NCBI GenBank assembly: GCA_026129095.1
Contig: JAHCIT010000001.1
Span: forward strand, 248,245 to 312,244
Source of the DNA: Deltaproteobacteria bacterium
GTDB lineage: Bacteria > JAGRBM01 > JAHCIT01
Length of the DNA: 64,000 nt
Reading direction: 5' to 3'
Shown here piece by piece: positions 45,618 through 56,327 of this stretch. The translations under genes were made by a program, and so were the position numbers. Below the pieces are notes generated by a model. That model was not told the DNA's origin, made no database searches, and saw nothing but the letters and a program-made list of their open reading frames with translations. The first letter of the stretch is position 1; each line of letters begins with the position of its first letter.

Positions 45618-46439
45618 CTATCTTGCCGGGGCTGTCTGGAACGAAGGCTCATCGATCTTCCGGACTGATTCGACAAACCCCCTGAACAACCGCACTTCCA
45701 GTGGCCCCGCCGGCGTACGACGGTAAAGCCAACGCTCCTTGTGGCCTTCCGTCTCGGCACGTATTTCCGGTTCGCCCACTGCCAGCATTACCGCCTCGCG
45801 GGAAAACCCTTCACGGATATCGCCACGCAGAATGGAGCCCACTGTCAGTGGCGTCCACTGGGGATTCGCCCGGATGACATCAAGTTTTGCCGTTATCTTT
45901 TCCATCGTGCTTCGCACTTCCAGATGGATATCGTTGGCGGGAACAAAGCCGGTCAATGCATCCACACGGTCCAGCCGGACATTCCATGTCACTTCAGTCC
46001 AGGCGCCATCGTGACGGACAATACCGGTACGCGAAAGCCAGCGGGTCTTGACCAGTTGCGGCGGGTCACGATCGCCGGGATGACGGAACACGGCCGCCTC
46101 CTCACGGAGCAGAGGATCGCCTTCTCCTGGCAACTGGATCACCCAGCCACGCTTCAGAATTGTCCGGGGCATCGAGTGCTCCCGCAAAACTATTTCATAC
46201 CAGGGCTGACGGCCTTCACCAAGCGCGGAACTCTTGACCCGGAACACGTCCAGATACTGGAGATCCTGAAGCGCGGGCTTCCCGAAGCCGGCTTCGGTCC
46301 GCACCTGGGTTTTCGTCAGCACGATGGCATAGTCGGCGGGCTCGGCCGCGGCAGCAGATATGAGCAGGGCATGGACCAGAAGGGTCGCCTGGCCGAACCG
46401 GATACAACTAACCCGCGAAGGTAACACTCTTCCAAACAT
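45618..46439 (-). CDS. Exported hypothetical protein
   Basis: Signal-like N-terminus; C-terminal G.SRE.V..A.GEP motif. Confidence 0.55.
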   Translation of the reverse strand: MFGRVLPSRVSCIRFGQATLLVHALLISAAAAEPADYAIVLTKTQVRTEAGFGKPALQDLQYLDVFRVKSSALGEGRQPWYEIVLREHSMPRTILKRGWVIQLPGEGDPLLREEAAVFRHPGDRDPPQLVKTRWLSRTGIVRHDGAWTEVTWNVRLDRVDALTGFVPANDIHLEVRSTMEKITAKLDVIRANPQWTPLTVGSILRGDIREGFSREAVMLAVGEPEIRAETEGHKERWLYRRTPAGPLEVRLFRGFVESVRKIDEPSFQTAPAR

Positions 46440-47106
46440 GCTTTAGGTCCGACTGGAGATCCTCTACCAGCGATGGAATCGTATAAAAGACAAACTGGTA
46501 TCCCTTGCCGTTCCGGACAAGGAAATGAACAAAATACCGGAACGTAATATCCTGCGACGATACGACCTGAAACTCGACATATCGCGCAGGCTGTCCGCCG
46601 AGGACAGATTTGCGATCCTCGGAAAGCTGGAATGACGTGTACCGCGCCCTGAACTGGTTAAGGGCCAGGTCCGTAAAACCGTCCAGCGACAACGGCGTCT
46701 CCTCGACGATCAAGAGTCCGAAAGCAAAGGAGCCCTGATCGATAAATTCAAATTCGGCGGCGGGGTTCTTGATAATCTTGTCTTCCGAATCCCGCCCATT
46801 GATCTGCCACCGCCCGGAGGGAAACTCTATCCGGACTCCGCCTTCAGTGCTTTCCGCCGACACTGGACCCGCCGTCTCCAGCCGCATGGCCTGTGGAAAC
46901 GGGGCTGCCGGGGCCGTGCTCCCGGTCCGATGCTCCAGAACGCCAGAACGCCAGAGCAGAAGACCCGCAATGGCCACAATCAGGGCTCCAACCATCGCCC
47001 ATTGCAGACGGCTTACCTGATCCTGAAGCACGGTGCCGCACTTCTGGCAACGATGCGTGTCCGCCGGGTTCTCCGCACCACATTCTGGGCAAATGAGCAC
47101 TGGCAT
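46408..47106 (-). CDS. Zinc-ribbon, single-TM protein with PsbP-like domain
   Basis: CPECG...CQKCG, TM helix, LGGQPA...SVTF C-terminus. Confidence 0.65.
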   Translation of the reverse strand: MPVLICPECGAENPADTHRCQKCGTVLQDQVSRLQWAMVGALIVAIAGLLLWRSGVLEHRTGSTAPAAPFPQAMRLETAGPVSAESTEGGVRIEFPSGRWQINGRDSEDKIIKNPAAEFEFIDQGSFAFGLLIVEETPLSLDGFTDLALNQFRARYTSFQLSEDRKSVLGGQPARYVEFQVVSSQDITFRYFVHFLVRNGKGYQFVFYTIPSLVEDLQSDLKHVWKSVTFAG

Positions 47107-47111
47107 AACGG

Positions 47112-48104
47112 CTAATTCCTTCCAGCTTCCTGCAGCCAGAGGGCGGTCCGGGCCATACCCTCATCCAGGGTTACACGGGGCTCATAGCCGAGCAGCTTCC
47201 GGGCCTTTTCAATTGAATAAGGATACGGCCGGTTAAGAAACGCGATGGCATCGGGACTCACCTGCGGTTCACGGCCCAGCAAAACCGCCGATTTCTGCAT
47301 TATCCATGCAATCCCTTTCACAAGTGGTAATGGAACAGAGTACGGCCGGGGTGCTCCCACTGCCTTGGCAAGGCGAGTGAAATAGCTACGGAAGGTCGTG
47401 TCGGCACCGTCGGTCACGTTAAATGTCTCTCCCCACATCTCGTGCTCCAGCGCAAGAAATATCGCGTCGATGAGATTATCCACGTAGACGTGGTTCATGA
47501 TCCCCTGTCCACCGCCCGGCAGTCCAAACTGCCGCTTTCTCATCAGCTTCGCCGGCCGCACGACCCAGGGAACCGAACCTGGGCCATAAACATCTCCCGG
47601 CCGAATCACAATTACCCCGAAACGTGGCGGCTGATTGTACCGGAGTGCGGCCTCTTCGCTTTCGATCTTGGTCTGGCAATAAGGATTATTTTCGCCCCTG
47701 AGGGGCCCCGTCTCCGTGACATAAGGGGGAAACGTAAATCCATAAACCATCACGCTGGAAAGCTGGACAAACGCCTTCGCACCCGCCTCACGCGCGTTTT
47801 CACATACATTGACAGTGCCGCCCACATTGACCCTGCGGAACTCATCCATTGAACCACTCTCATGGACGATAGCCGCCGTATGAAGGACAATATCCGCTCC
47901 ACGGCACAGGTCACGGACAGCTGACGGACTCGTCACATCACCAACTACCACGTCCGCTCCGGCCTTTCGTGCCCGCACCGCTGCCGGCTCCGACATATCC
48001 AGTCCCCGGACCCGCATACCGCGCTGCAACGCCCTTTCGGCGGTCCGAAGCCCAATAAACCCGCCTATACCGGTAATGGCCAGCAGTTTCCCGTCAAGTT
48101 CCAC
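47112..48104 (-). CDS. NAD-dependent epimerase/dehydratase (extended SDR)
   Basis: TGIGGFIG, LSSVMVYG, YCQTK, RPGDVYGPG. Confidence 0.92.
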   Translation of the reverse strand: MELDGKLLAITGIGGFIGLRTAERALQRGMRVRGLDMSEPAAVRARKAGADVVVGDVTSPSAVRDLCRGADIVLHTAAIVHESGSMDEFRRVNVGGTVNVCENAREAGAKAFVQLSSVMVYGFTFPPYVTETGPLRGENNPYCQTKIESEEAALRYNQPPRFGVIVIRPGDVYGPGSVPWVVRPAKLMRKRQFGLPGGGQGIMNHVYVDNLIDAIFLALEHEMWGETFNVTDGADTTFRSYFTRLAKAVGAPRPYSVPLPLVKGIAWIMQKSAVLLGREPQVSPDAIAFLNRPYPYSIEKARKLLGYEPRVTLDEGMARTALWLQEAGRN

Positions 48105-48244
48105 AGCGCACTGTCATACCGCGCCCTGACGGGTGCGGCAACCATCCGGACAATGTGACGCCCATGTCAGAGCATTCACGGCCGCAGGTCTTTTTTCCTT
48201 GGTATGGACATGCATCATTCGGTATCTTGTGATGCTTCCAGCGT

Positions 48245-50323
48245 ATGCCTGTAAACAGATTTCTCCGGTTCTCAGCCATCCTTGCCACTGTTCTGGTGTT
48301 TCCCCAGATGGGTACAGCGTCAACACCATTTCTGGATGCCGGCAACCGCAAGCTGATGCCCCATGTGCTGACCGGAGCTGAGCTCGCACCACTGCAGGGC
48401 GCCCGCATCAGCCAGCTTGCCCTCTTCGCATCACTCGATGAGGGGTTTGGTCCCATCCCGTTCCAGGTTGACGAGAAGGACGCCAGCGGGCGGTTTGTCT
48501 ACCGGGGCGGCGGGCAGATGGGCAGCGACGATGGGCTTCTGGATGCCAATGACGAACTGGTATTCATGTTGAAGGACTCCGGCCCCCAGTTTCCGAAACC
48601 CTTCTGGCCAGCCGGTGTGCGCCGGGGCCTGGAAATCGAGATGACCGATTCACTGGATAGCACGCGACGTGGCTACGTCTACCTGTTGGAGTTTGAAGGC
48701 CCACCAAGGTACGCTTCGCGTGACTATATACAGTTCGATCCAAAAAACTACCGCGTGACCACAGGCAATGCGACCATGGCGGTAAACCCCAGGCATCCCG
48801 TCTCCCATGTGGAGTACCGCCTTGCCGACTCGAAGGGTCAGCTAGGCCCAAACCTGCTGGACCGGGTGAAAATACGGCCATCGGCATGGACACTGGGCGA
48901 ACTGATCCGGTTCAGCGAGACGGAAGAGACATTGAACTCCCGTATCACTGCATGGACTGATGGACCGGTGCGGGTAATTTACGAGCTGGAAAACACCTTC
49001 AAGCTGGGCCCAATCCCGCTCGTTCGCGCTTCGACCGCATGGATTTTCTACGAGCATAACTACGCCGTGCCCGTACGTGTACAGGTTCCCGGCCTGATCC
49101 GTACTTTTACCTCCAGGGTGGAGGCAGAGATCACCCTCGATTTCCGCGACATGACCGGAGCGACTTTCTCCTCGAACGTGCTCCCGCAGGGCGTGACCAT
49201 ACGGGGAGGAGAGCGTCCGGATGATGACCACCGCCGGGATATCGGCCTTGGCGGCTGGATGCTGCTCGGCCGGGGAAACCAGTCGATATACATGGAAATC
49301 GACCTGGACAAGACACTGCCCGTCAAAGTCTCACTCGTTTACTGGGACAACAAGACCGGCACACGGGCTCCGGAGTCGGTCCCTGGACAACTCCCTGAAG
49401 CCGGGTTCCGAATCCACGACTGGACCGAACTCGACCGCAGCATCTACGAATTTTATGTTGGCGTATATATACTCACCGAACCGCCCGACCAGGGCGGCAA
49501 CGGACTGTTCAAAACTATCCATACACCCCTTACGGTACGACATAGCACCGGTACTGAACCAATAGCGATTGTGGCAGGGAGCACTGTACCCCAGGAAGTA
49601 ATTTCCGCGCTGGAAGCGGCAGGGGTCAGGATTGAGCGGACAGACATTACCGGTGCCATCAGGAAAATGGCTCAGGGACCGGTTTCCCTGCTCGTAATGG
49701 ATAGTCAGCCCGAGCCGGCAGTGGTCCGGGCGATTTCGCACTCACGAATTCCGGCTGTCATCACTAGAGGAAGGGGGCAGGGTGGACTGTTCGCAGGCAT
49801 CTCGGCGGATACAGGCCCTGACCGGCTCGCCCGCGCCGTCGGAGCGATTTTCCCCAAGGGAACGCCCGTCGTGCTTATTGCCGGTCCCGGTGCAGAAAAT
49901 GCCCGCCGGGCCGAAACTTACATTACTGCTACCCGGGCGGCTGGTCTGGATGCCACTGCAGCAACAGCAAAGTCCGAGCCGGAACTTGCGGCAATTCTCA
50001 GAGACCGGCCGGTGAAGGCCATACTGGTAGGTGACGACCCCCTGTGGGACTCGGCAGCACGGTACCAAATGCTTGTCAAAACCGCCGGCTCCACGCCGGT
50101 AATTGGCACAAGCCGCCAAGCAGTACTTTCCGGAGCAGCGCTGGCTATCGCGTCCGAATTCAGTGGGGACTGGAAACGGCTGATAGACCCCTTGCTCCGC
50201 CGCCAGAAGCCGGGGGCCGAGGCCATGCCACTCCGCATATTTGTGAATCCCGATGCTATCCGGCGGACAGGGCTCACCCTTCCGCCAAGCCTGCTCCAGA
50301 TTGCCGAACGGGCCACGCCCTGA
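48245..50323 (+). CDS. Exported protein: unknown N-terminal domain + C-terminal ABC substrate-binding/YfiR-like domain
   Basis: Signal peptide; C-terminus IFVNPDAIRRTGLTLPPSLLQIA. Confidence 0.6.
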   Translation: MPVNRFLRFSAILATVLVFPQMGTASTPFLDAGNRKLMPHVLTGAELAPLQGARISQLALFASLDEGFGPIPFQVDEKDASGRFVYRGGGQMGSDDGLLDANDELVFMLKDSGPQFPKPFWPAGVRRGLEIEMTDSLDSTRRGYVYLLEFEGPPRYASRDYIQFDPKNYRVTTGNATMAVNPRHPVSHVEYRLADSKGQLGPNLLDRVKIRPSAWTLGELIRFSETEETLNSRITAWTDGPVRVIYELENTFKLGPIPLVRASTAWIFYEHNYAVPVRVQVPGLIRTFTSRVEAEITLDFRDMTGATFSSNVLPQGVTIRGGERPDDDHRRDIGLGGWMLLGRGNQSIYMEIDLDKTLPVKVSLVYWDNKTGTRAPESVPGQLPEAGFRIHDWTELDRSIYEFYVGVYILTEPPDQGGNGLFKTIHTPLTVRHSTGTEPIAIVAGSTVPQEVISALEAAGVRIERTDITGAIRKMAQGPVSLLVMDSQPEPAVVRAISHSRIPAVITRGRGQGGLFAGISADTGPDRLARAVGAIFPKGTPVVLIAGPGAENARRAETYITATRAAGLDATAATAKSEPELAAILRDRPVKAILVGDDPLWDSAARYQMLVKTAGSTPVIGTSRQAVLSGAALAIASEFSGDWKRLIDPLLRRQKPGAEAMPLRIFVNPDAIRRTGLTLPPSLLQIAERATP

Positions 50324-50376
50324 AGCCCTCTCCCCTTGCCCACCCTACCCCGTCCGCCGTACAACGCTAGCAAGCA

Positions 50377-51009
50377 ATGATCTCCTACCTCGAAGGCAGA
50401 CTTCTTGAAGCGCATGATGACGGCCGGGCCGTGATCGTCTGTGCTGGTGTTGGTTATGGGGTTCGCATCTCCGCACGGACCCTGGAAGAGTTGCCAGCTC
50501 CGGGCGGTGAAACCCGGCTATGGATTTATACGGCAGTAAGGGAAGACGCCATCGAACTGTTTGGCTTCCACGATCCGGTAGACCGGGAACTGTTTCTGCT
50601 GCTCATTACGGTAGACAAGGTAGGGCCCAAGGCAGCCTCGGCTCTGCTATCTGGTGCCCCGGCAGGTGAGCTGGCCGCCTGGATCGCCGCCGGAGACGTG
50701 GCGAGGCTGACCACCATCAAGGGAATTGGGAAAAAACTTGCCGGAGACATCTGCCACCATCTTGGTGAAAAAGTCGGCGCATTTCTCGACCGGACAGGTC
50801 TCGCACGGGCATCCGGCATGGTTCAGAAAGCCCGGCATGGCCCCGGAACGGACGCCATATCGGCACTTGTAAACCTTGGCTACCGTGAGGCGGAGGCTGC
50901 CCGTGCAGTGCAGGCGGCAATCTCCAAACTCGGCGATGGTGCCACTACCGAAGCGGCCGTGAAGGAAGCGCTGGCGCAACTCCGCCCTGCGCGAGAAAAG
51001 TCCGCATGA
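50377..51009 (+). CDS. ruvA: Holliday junction branch migration protein RuvA
   Basis: MISYLEG, GVGY, VREDA..LFGF, ALVNLGY. Confidence 0.95.
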   Translation: MISYLEGRLLEAHDDGRAVIVCAGVGYGVRISARTLEELPAPGGETRLWIYTAVREDAIELFGFHDPVDRELFLLLITVDKVGPKAASALLSGAPAGELAAWIAAGDVARLTTIKGIGKKLAGDICHHLGEKVGAFLDRTGLARASGMVQKARHGPGTDAISALVNLGYREAEAARAVQAAISKLGDGATTEAAVKEALAQLRPAREKSA

Positions 51010-51030
51010 AGGAAAAACTGCTTGTGACCT

Positions 51031-52089
51031 ATGGCCGGGAATGACAAACGGAACATGAAACGTCTCGTCTCGGGCGGGAAGCAGGATCCGGAAGAGATCA
51101 CCGGGAATATCGGATTGCCCGTCGGAGACGATCCGCGTCCGAAATCACTGGGAGATTATGTTGGCCAGACGGAACTGGTTTCCAACCTCCGGGTCTATCT
51201 TCAAGCGGCAAGGAACCGGGGGGAACCGCTCGACCATGTGCTGTTCTATGGCCCCCCGGGACTGGGAAAGACGACCCTCGCCCGGCTGATCGCCACTGAG
51301 ATGGGTTCCCAGCTCAAGCAGACATCAGGCCCGGCCATCCAGCACAAGGGAGAACTGGCTGGTCTCCTGACCGGGCTTGAACCGGGAGATGTACTGTTCA
51401 TTGACGAAATCCACCGCCTGAGCCGTCCAATCGAGGAGGCCCTTTACCCGGCGATGGAGGATTTTTCCTTCGACATCATGATCGGCGAGGGGCCGGGCGC
51501 ACGGAGCGTAAAACTGGATCTCCCGCGTTTTACACTCGTGGGGGCAACGACACGTTTTGGCGCCATGTCGGCACCGCTGCGGGACCGGTTCGGGATCCAG
51601 ATGCGGCTGGAATTCTATGCTGTGGAAGAGATCCAGCAGATCATTGAGCGCGGAGCCGGAATCTATAAAACCAGAATCGACCGGAACGGTGCCACCGAGA
51701 TCGCACGACGTTCCCGTGGAACCCCCCGGGTTGCCCTGCGACTCCTGCGGCGCGTCAGGGATTTCGCCGACGCCCAGAACGGGGGCATCGTGGACAGGGC
51801 ACTCGCCGACCAGGCGCTCAAGCGTCTTGATATTGATGAAATGGGACTCGACCCCCTGGATCGCCGCTATCTGGAGTTTCTCATCACCCGGTTTCAGGGC
51901 GGCCCTCGCGGCGTGGAAACCATGGCCGCGACACTCTCCGAAGAAGTCGAGACGCTGGAAGCTTCCGTGGAGCCGTTTCTTCTGAAAGAAGGGTTTATCG
52001 AACGAACTTCCCGCGGACGTGTCGCGCTGGAACGGGCCTACCGGCATCTGGGCCTAAAACCTGCCGGACCGCAGAACACGCTCTTCTGA
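51031..52089 (+). CDS. ruvB: Holliday junction branch migration helicase RuvB
   Basis: [26 protein letters not shown]. Confidence 0.97.
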   Translation: MAGNDKRNMKRLVSGGKQDPEEITGNIGLPVGDDPRPKSLGDYVGQTELVSNLRVYLQAARNRGEPLDHVLFYGPPGLGKTTLARLIATEMGSQLKQTSGPAIQHKGELAGLLTGLEPGDVLFIDEIHRLSRPIEEALYPAMEDFSFDIMIGEGPGARSVKLDLPRFTLVGATTRFGAMSAPLRDRFGIQMRLEFYAVEEIQQIIERGAGIYKTRIDRNGATEIARRSRGTPRVALRLLRRVRDFADAQNGGIVDRALADQALKRLDIDEMGLDPLDRRYLEFLITRFQGGPRGVETMAATLSEEVETLEASVEPFLLKEGFIERTSRGRVALERAYRHLGLKPAGPQNTLF

Positions 52090-52149
52090 CCGCTTTTGAT
52101 CTTGCCCCATCCGGCGGTTAACAACTGTTCCGCGAAGGAATCGTATCCA

Positions 52150-53415
52150 ATGTCCCATTCCAACGAACCCGTTCGCTCGGTCAAGGGAATGAATGATGTT
52201 CTCCCTGCCGACGCGCCCCTGTGGCAGCGGGTGGAAGCCATTTCACACGAGGTGCTTTCCAGCTTCGGCTTTCGTGAGATCCGGACCAACATCCTTGAGC
52301 CGACCAGGCTTTTCTCCCGTAGCGTGGGCGAAGCAACCGATATCGTTGAAAAGGAAATGTATACCTTCAGCGACCGGAGCGGTGAATCCCTGACCCTGCG
52401 TCCGGAAGGAACGGCCGGCGTTGTCCGGGCCTATATCGAGCACAAGCTGCACACTGAAGACCGCATTTCCAAACTCTGGTATCTGGGTCCGATGTACAGG
52501 CATGAACGGCCACAACGTGGCCGGTTCCGGCAGTTTCATCAGGTAGGTGCGGAAATCCTGGGCGGTGCCGAGCCAGCCATTGACGTTACGATCATTGCCC
52601 TGGTTGATACGCTGCTGGAGCGGCTTGGAATCCGGAAGAAAGTCTCGCTGGAAATCAGCACTCTCGGTGACATGGAATCACGAATCGCATTCCGGGCGGC
52701 CATTCAGAACCATTTCCGGCCCCTCATCGGTGGTTTCTGCGCCGATTGCCAGCGACGGATCGACACCAACCCGCTCCGGATTCTCGACTGCAAGGTCGAT
52801 ATGGACAAAACCGGCGGTGCGCCATCAGGACTCGATTTCCTGAATGATCCTTCGCGCCGCCATTTCGAAACGGTAAAGCACGGACTCGCCAGCGCCGGGG
52901 TCCGCCATATCATTAACCCCCGTATTGTCCGCGGGCTCGACTACTACTGCCATACCGTATTTGAGTTTGTTTCCCAGGAGCTGGGTGCCCAGGGGACTGT
53001 CGCAGCCGGAGGAAGATACGACGGTCTGGTGGAAGAATTGGGTGGTCCGCCCACTCCAGGCATGGGATTTGCTGCCGGTATAGAACGTCTGGTCGACCTG
53101 GCCAGAACAGCGGGATTTACGGCTGATGAGCCGGGGCCGGCTGTATTCCTGGTTTCTGTTGGTGAGAAAGCCCGCCATGAAACACAACGGCTCGCACTTG
53201 CTCTCTGCCGCGAGGGAATCCCGGCCGGAATCGATTATGGGGCGAAAAGCCTGAAAAGCCAGATGCGATATGCCGATCGCCTGAAAGCAAAGTATGTGGC
53301 CGTTCTTGGCGACAGCGAGCTGGAATCCGGCAAGACTCGCCTCAAGCTGATGTCAGACGGAACCGAACGGGAAATCAGGCTGGATAACCTGGCCGTTGAA
53401 CTCAGGAAGGGATGA
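52150..53415 (+). CDS. hisS: Histidine--tRNA ligase
   Basis: LRPEGTA, RHERPQRGRFRQFHQ, VRGLDYY, GGRYDGL. Confidence 0.97.
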   Translation: MSHSNEPVRSVKGMNDVLPADAPLWQRVEAISHEVLSSFGFREIRTNILEPTRLFSRSVGEATDIVEKEMYTFSDRSGESLTLRPEGTAGVVRAYIEHKLHTEDRISKLWYLGPMYRHERPQRGRFRQFHQVGAEILGGAEPAIDVTIIALVDTLLERLGIRKKVSLEISTLGDMESRIAFRAAIQNHFRPLIGGFCADCQRRIDTNPLRILDCKVDMDKTGGAPSGLDFLNDPSRRHFETVKHGLASAGVRHIINPRIVRGLDYYCHTVFEFVSQELGAQGTVAAGGRYDGLVEELGGPPTPGMGFAAGIERLVDLARTAGFTADEPGPAVFLVSVGEKARHETQRLALALCREGIPAGIDYGAKSLKSQMRYADRLKAKYVAVLGDSELESGKTRLKLMSDGTEREIRLDNLAVELRKG

Positions 53416-53418
53416 GGC

Positions 53419-54036
53419 TCACTCTTCATCCAGCGTTGCCGCACGAGCTGGCGCCTTGGTGATGCTGTCTACGGCAGTGTCGGTCTCGCGAACAACAACA
53501 AACGCCAAGGCAATGACCGCCATGGGAAGCGCGATCCAGTGGACCGGTGAAACGCCGGCCGCAACGGCTCCAGCCAGAAACCTTATTGTCCCGCCGCCAA
53601 GCAGCATCAGCACGGTCGTCCAAGAGAGATAGCCCAACCCGATTGCGCTGGCCTTTTGCTGTTCCAGACGCCCAAGCCAGCCAGAGTGCTCTCGCCTCGC
53701 ATAGAGCCAGCCCACGCGCGACACGCCGTACAGGAGCAGCAGAACAAACAACGGCCTTGACAGGAATATGCCCATCGCCACAGCAATGTTCACCAGAACA
53801 ACAACGAGAATTACCGCGCCTGTCCTTCCGGGCGCGTCCGGTTCGGTTTCCGACAGCTTTTCATACCGGTTCAGCCCGTAACCCGCCATCGTGAACACGA
53901 TTCCGGCGACTGCCGCACGGCCGAGAGCCACGGGATTTTCCAGTTCGCCGCCAAATACCACCGGCAATAGGGTAAATGGTGCCAGCAGCCAGAAACTTCC
54001 AGGGGTGGGGCGCTGTAGCGCGGGATGTTCTGTCAT
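53419..54036 (-). CDS. Multi-pass membrane protein, weakly UbiA-like
   Basis: About six TM segments; GYGLNRY...PGR loop. Confidence 0.5.
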   Translation of the reverse strand: MTEHPALQRPTPGSFWLLAPFTLLPVVFGGELENPVALGRAAVAGIVFTMAGYGLNRYEKLSETEPDAPGRTGAVILVVVLVNIAVAMGIFLSRPLFVLLLLYGVSRVGWLYARREHSGWLGRLEQQKASAIGLGYLSWTTVLMLLGGGTIRFLAGAVAAGVSPVHWIALPMAVIALAFVVVRETDTAVDSITKAPARAATLDEE

Positions 54037-54054
54037 TTCGCCAAGAATCCCCGT

Positions 54055-56094
54055 CTACAGCAGACCCGACCGGTTCAGAAGCGCAGAAGGATCCGGTTCG
54101 CGCCCCATAAACCTCTTGTACAACTCCATCGGATCATCTGAATCGCCGCGGGAGAGCACATGCCGGCGGAATTCCCGGCCCGTTTCAGGATTGAATATTC
54201 CTTCCCGTCGGAACCGGCTGAAAGCATCTGCGTCCAGTACCTCGGCCCATTTGTACGAATAGTACCCCGCCGCATAGGCTACTGGAGATGAAAAAAGATG
54301 CGTGAAGGAAGCAATCATCGCATAGCCGGGAGGGAGATCGGACGCCGAGAAGGGTGCAAGCTGCTTTCGCGCAAACTCCACTACATCCCCGTCATGCTCT
54401 GGATCATATTTCACATGTAGCGCCAGGTCAGTCCATGCAAATCCGAGCTGCCTCATCATCGCCGCCGCGCTCCTGAAATTCCGCGCACGAGTCAGTTTAC
54501 GGAATAGCTCCTCCGGTATCGTTTCGTTCGTGCTCCAGTGACGGGCAAACAGGTCGAGCGCTTCGCGCTCCCAGCACCAGTTTTCCATGATCTGCGATGG
54601 CAGTTCGACGAAATCCCAGGCCACATGGGTTCCTGCCAGACTTCGCACCGGCACACGGCTCAACAGGTGATGCAGCAAATGTCCGAATTCGTGGAAGATC
54701 GTCTCCACTTCCGTATGGGTCAAAAGCGCAGGACGGCCATCCATGGGTGGCGTGAGATTGCCGCAGATCAGGCCCAGATGCGGCTTGAATCCGGCCAGCC
54801 CAGGTTCCCCGGTAATGAGGGCATCCATCCACGCACCGCCACGCTTGGTCTCGCGGGGAAAAAAGTCGGCATAAAAGGAACCCAGATGGGAGCCGTCGCT
54901 GTCATGAACGGCGAATGTCCGCACCGATGGATGCCAAACCGGCATTGTGTCAGTCTCCGTGATCCGGATACCGTAGAGGCGCCGGGCTATTTCAAACATC
55001 CCGGCAAGGACCCTGGGAAACGGGAAATAGGGCCTGAGTGCCTCCTCGTCGAAATCGTACAGCACCTTGCGCTGCTTCTCGGCCCAGTAACCTACGTCCC
55101 AAGGCTTGAGATCTCCGGCTCCCTTGCCCAGCATTTCCTGCCGGAAATTGCGAAGCTCCTCGTTTTCTTTCCGGAACCTGTCTTCTGTCTTTCGGCGAAG
55201 ATCTTCAACAAACAGGATGGCTCTCTCTCCGGTGCCAGCCATACGGTCTTCCAGTACATAATCGGCAAAATTTGCATAACTGAGCAGCCGGGCCTCTTCG
55301 GAACGAAGCGCAAGGATACGGGCAATAAGCGGGCGGTTATCCATGTCACCGGAGGTCGCGCGCGTCATCGCTGCCCAGTAAACCTGCTCCCGTATTTTCT
55401 CATCGTCCAGATACGTCAGCACCGCCGTCAGGCTGGGGGCCTGAAGCGTAAATCGCCAGCCCTTCTTGCCCTTGGCCTCAGCGTCGGCACGGGCAGCCCG
55501 GACCGCGCTCTCGGGAAGCCCAGCAAGCTTATCTTCGTCCTCAATCAGCATCTCAAATGCGTTGGTCGCGTCCAGAACATTCTGGCTGAATTTCGTCGTG
55601 AGCGTGGCGAGCTCCATCGCGATCTCCGACAGCCGTTTCTTCTGCTCCGTCAGCAATGCTGCACCGTGACGCCTGAACTCGTCGACGGTTTTCCTGAGAA
55701 ATCTGGCGCGCACCGGATCAAGCTCCCGGGCATCTGCCGTTCCGGCATATTCATTTAGCGCATTCCAGATGCCCCCGGAGAACAGGATGCTGGAATGAAG
55801 CTCGCTGACCGGTTCCTGAACATTGTTCCAGGCAGTTCTGAGGTCCGGAGTTGTCGCCACAGACTCCATATGCCCGGCGACTGCCATCGCGTAATCAAGC
55901 CCGCGGGTAATTTCCTCCAGTGCCTGCATCGTATTGGCGTAAGTTCGTGGCCCCGCGGATCCGGCCAAACTATTCAGGCGAGCTTTGGACTCAACCAAAC
56001 GCTGCCCGGCCGCAGCCTCCACGTGGGAGGCGTTAATCCGGTCGAACGGCACCTTGAACTGCATGTCCAGAAGCGGATTGTCACTATTATCCAT
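54055..56094 (-). CDS. prlC: M3A oligopeptidase A
   Basis: KRGGAWM, FHEFGH, WDFVELPSQ, YYSYKWAEVL. Confidence 0.93.
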   Translation of the reverse strand: MDNSDNPLLDMQFKVPFDRINASHVEAAAGQRLVESKARLNSLAGSAGPRTYANTMQALEEITRGLDYAMAVAGHMESVATTPDLRTAWNNVQEPVSELHSSILFSGGIWNALNEYAGTADARELDPVRARFLRKTVDEFRRHGAALLTEQKKRLSEIAMELATLTTKFSQNVLDATNAFEMLIEDEDKLAGLPESAVRAARADAEAKGKKGWRFTLQAPSLTAVLTYLDDEKIREQVYWAAMTRATSGDMDNRPLIARILALRSEEARLLSYANFADYVLEDRMAGTGERAILFVEDLRRKTEDRFRKENEELRNFRQEMLGKGAGDLKPWDVGYWAEKQRKVLYDFDEEALRPYFPFPRVLAGMFEIARRLYGIRITETDTMPVWHPSVRTFAVHDSDGSHLGSFYADFFPRETKRGGAWMDALITGEPGLAGFKPHLGLICGNLTPPMDGRPALLTHTEVETIFHEFGHLLHHLLSRVPVRSLAGTHVAWDFVELPSQIMENWCWEREALDLFARHWSTNETIPEELFRKLTRARNFRSAAAMMRQLGFAWTDLALHVKYDPEHDGDVVEFARKQLAPFSASDLPPGYAMIASFTHLFSSPVAYAAGYYSYKWAEVLDADAFSRFRREGIFNPETGREFRRHVLSRGDSDDPMELYKRFMGREPDPSALLNRSGLL

Positions 56095-56327
56095 CCATCG
56101 CCTCTTCTTCCGTTCCTATATAGCACGCCACTCCGGTGGAACGAGGCAAACCGCACATCAACTTTTGGAGGGTGATTTCCGTCACGCAAAAATCGTTTAA
56201 ACGCAGCGAATATGCCGTGAGAGCCGGTTTTATTGCTTTCAATGTCTTGCGAAATCCTGGCTTCCTAATCATACTCGCACCAACCTTCTTCCAAGGGGAG
56301 CCTGTCATCAAGCGATGCCTGTACATT

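Noticed and set aside
50377-52089. ruvAB without ruvC
   Set aside because: Separation of ruvC is common
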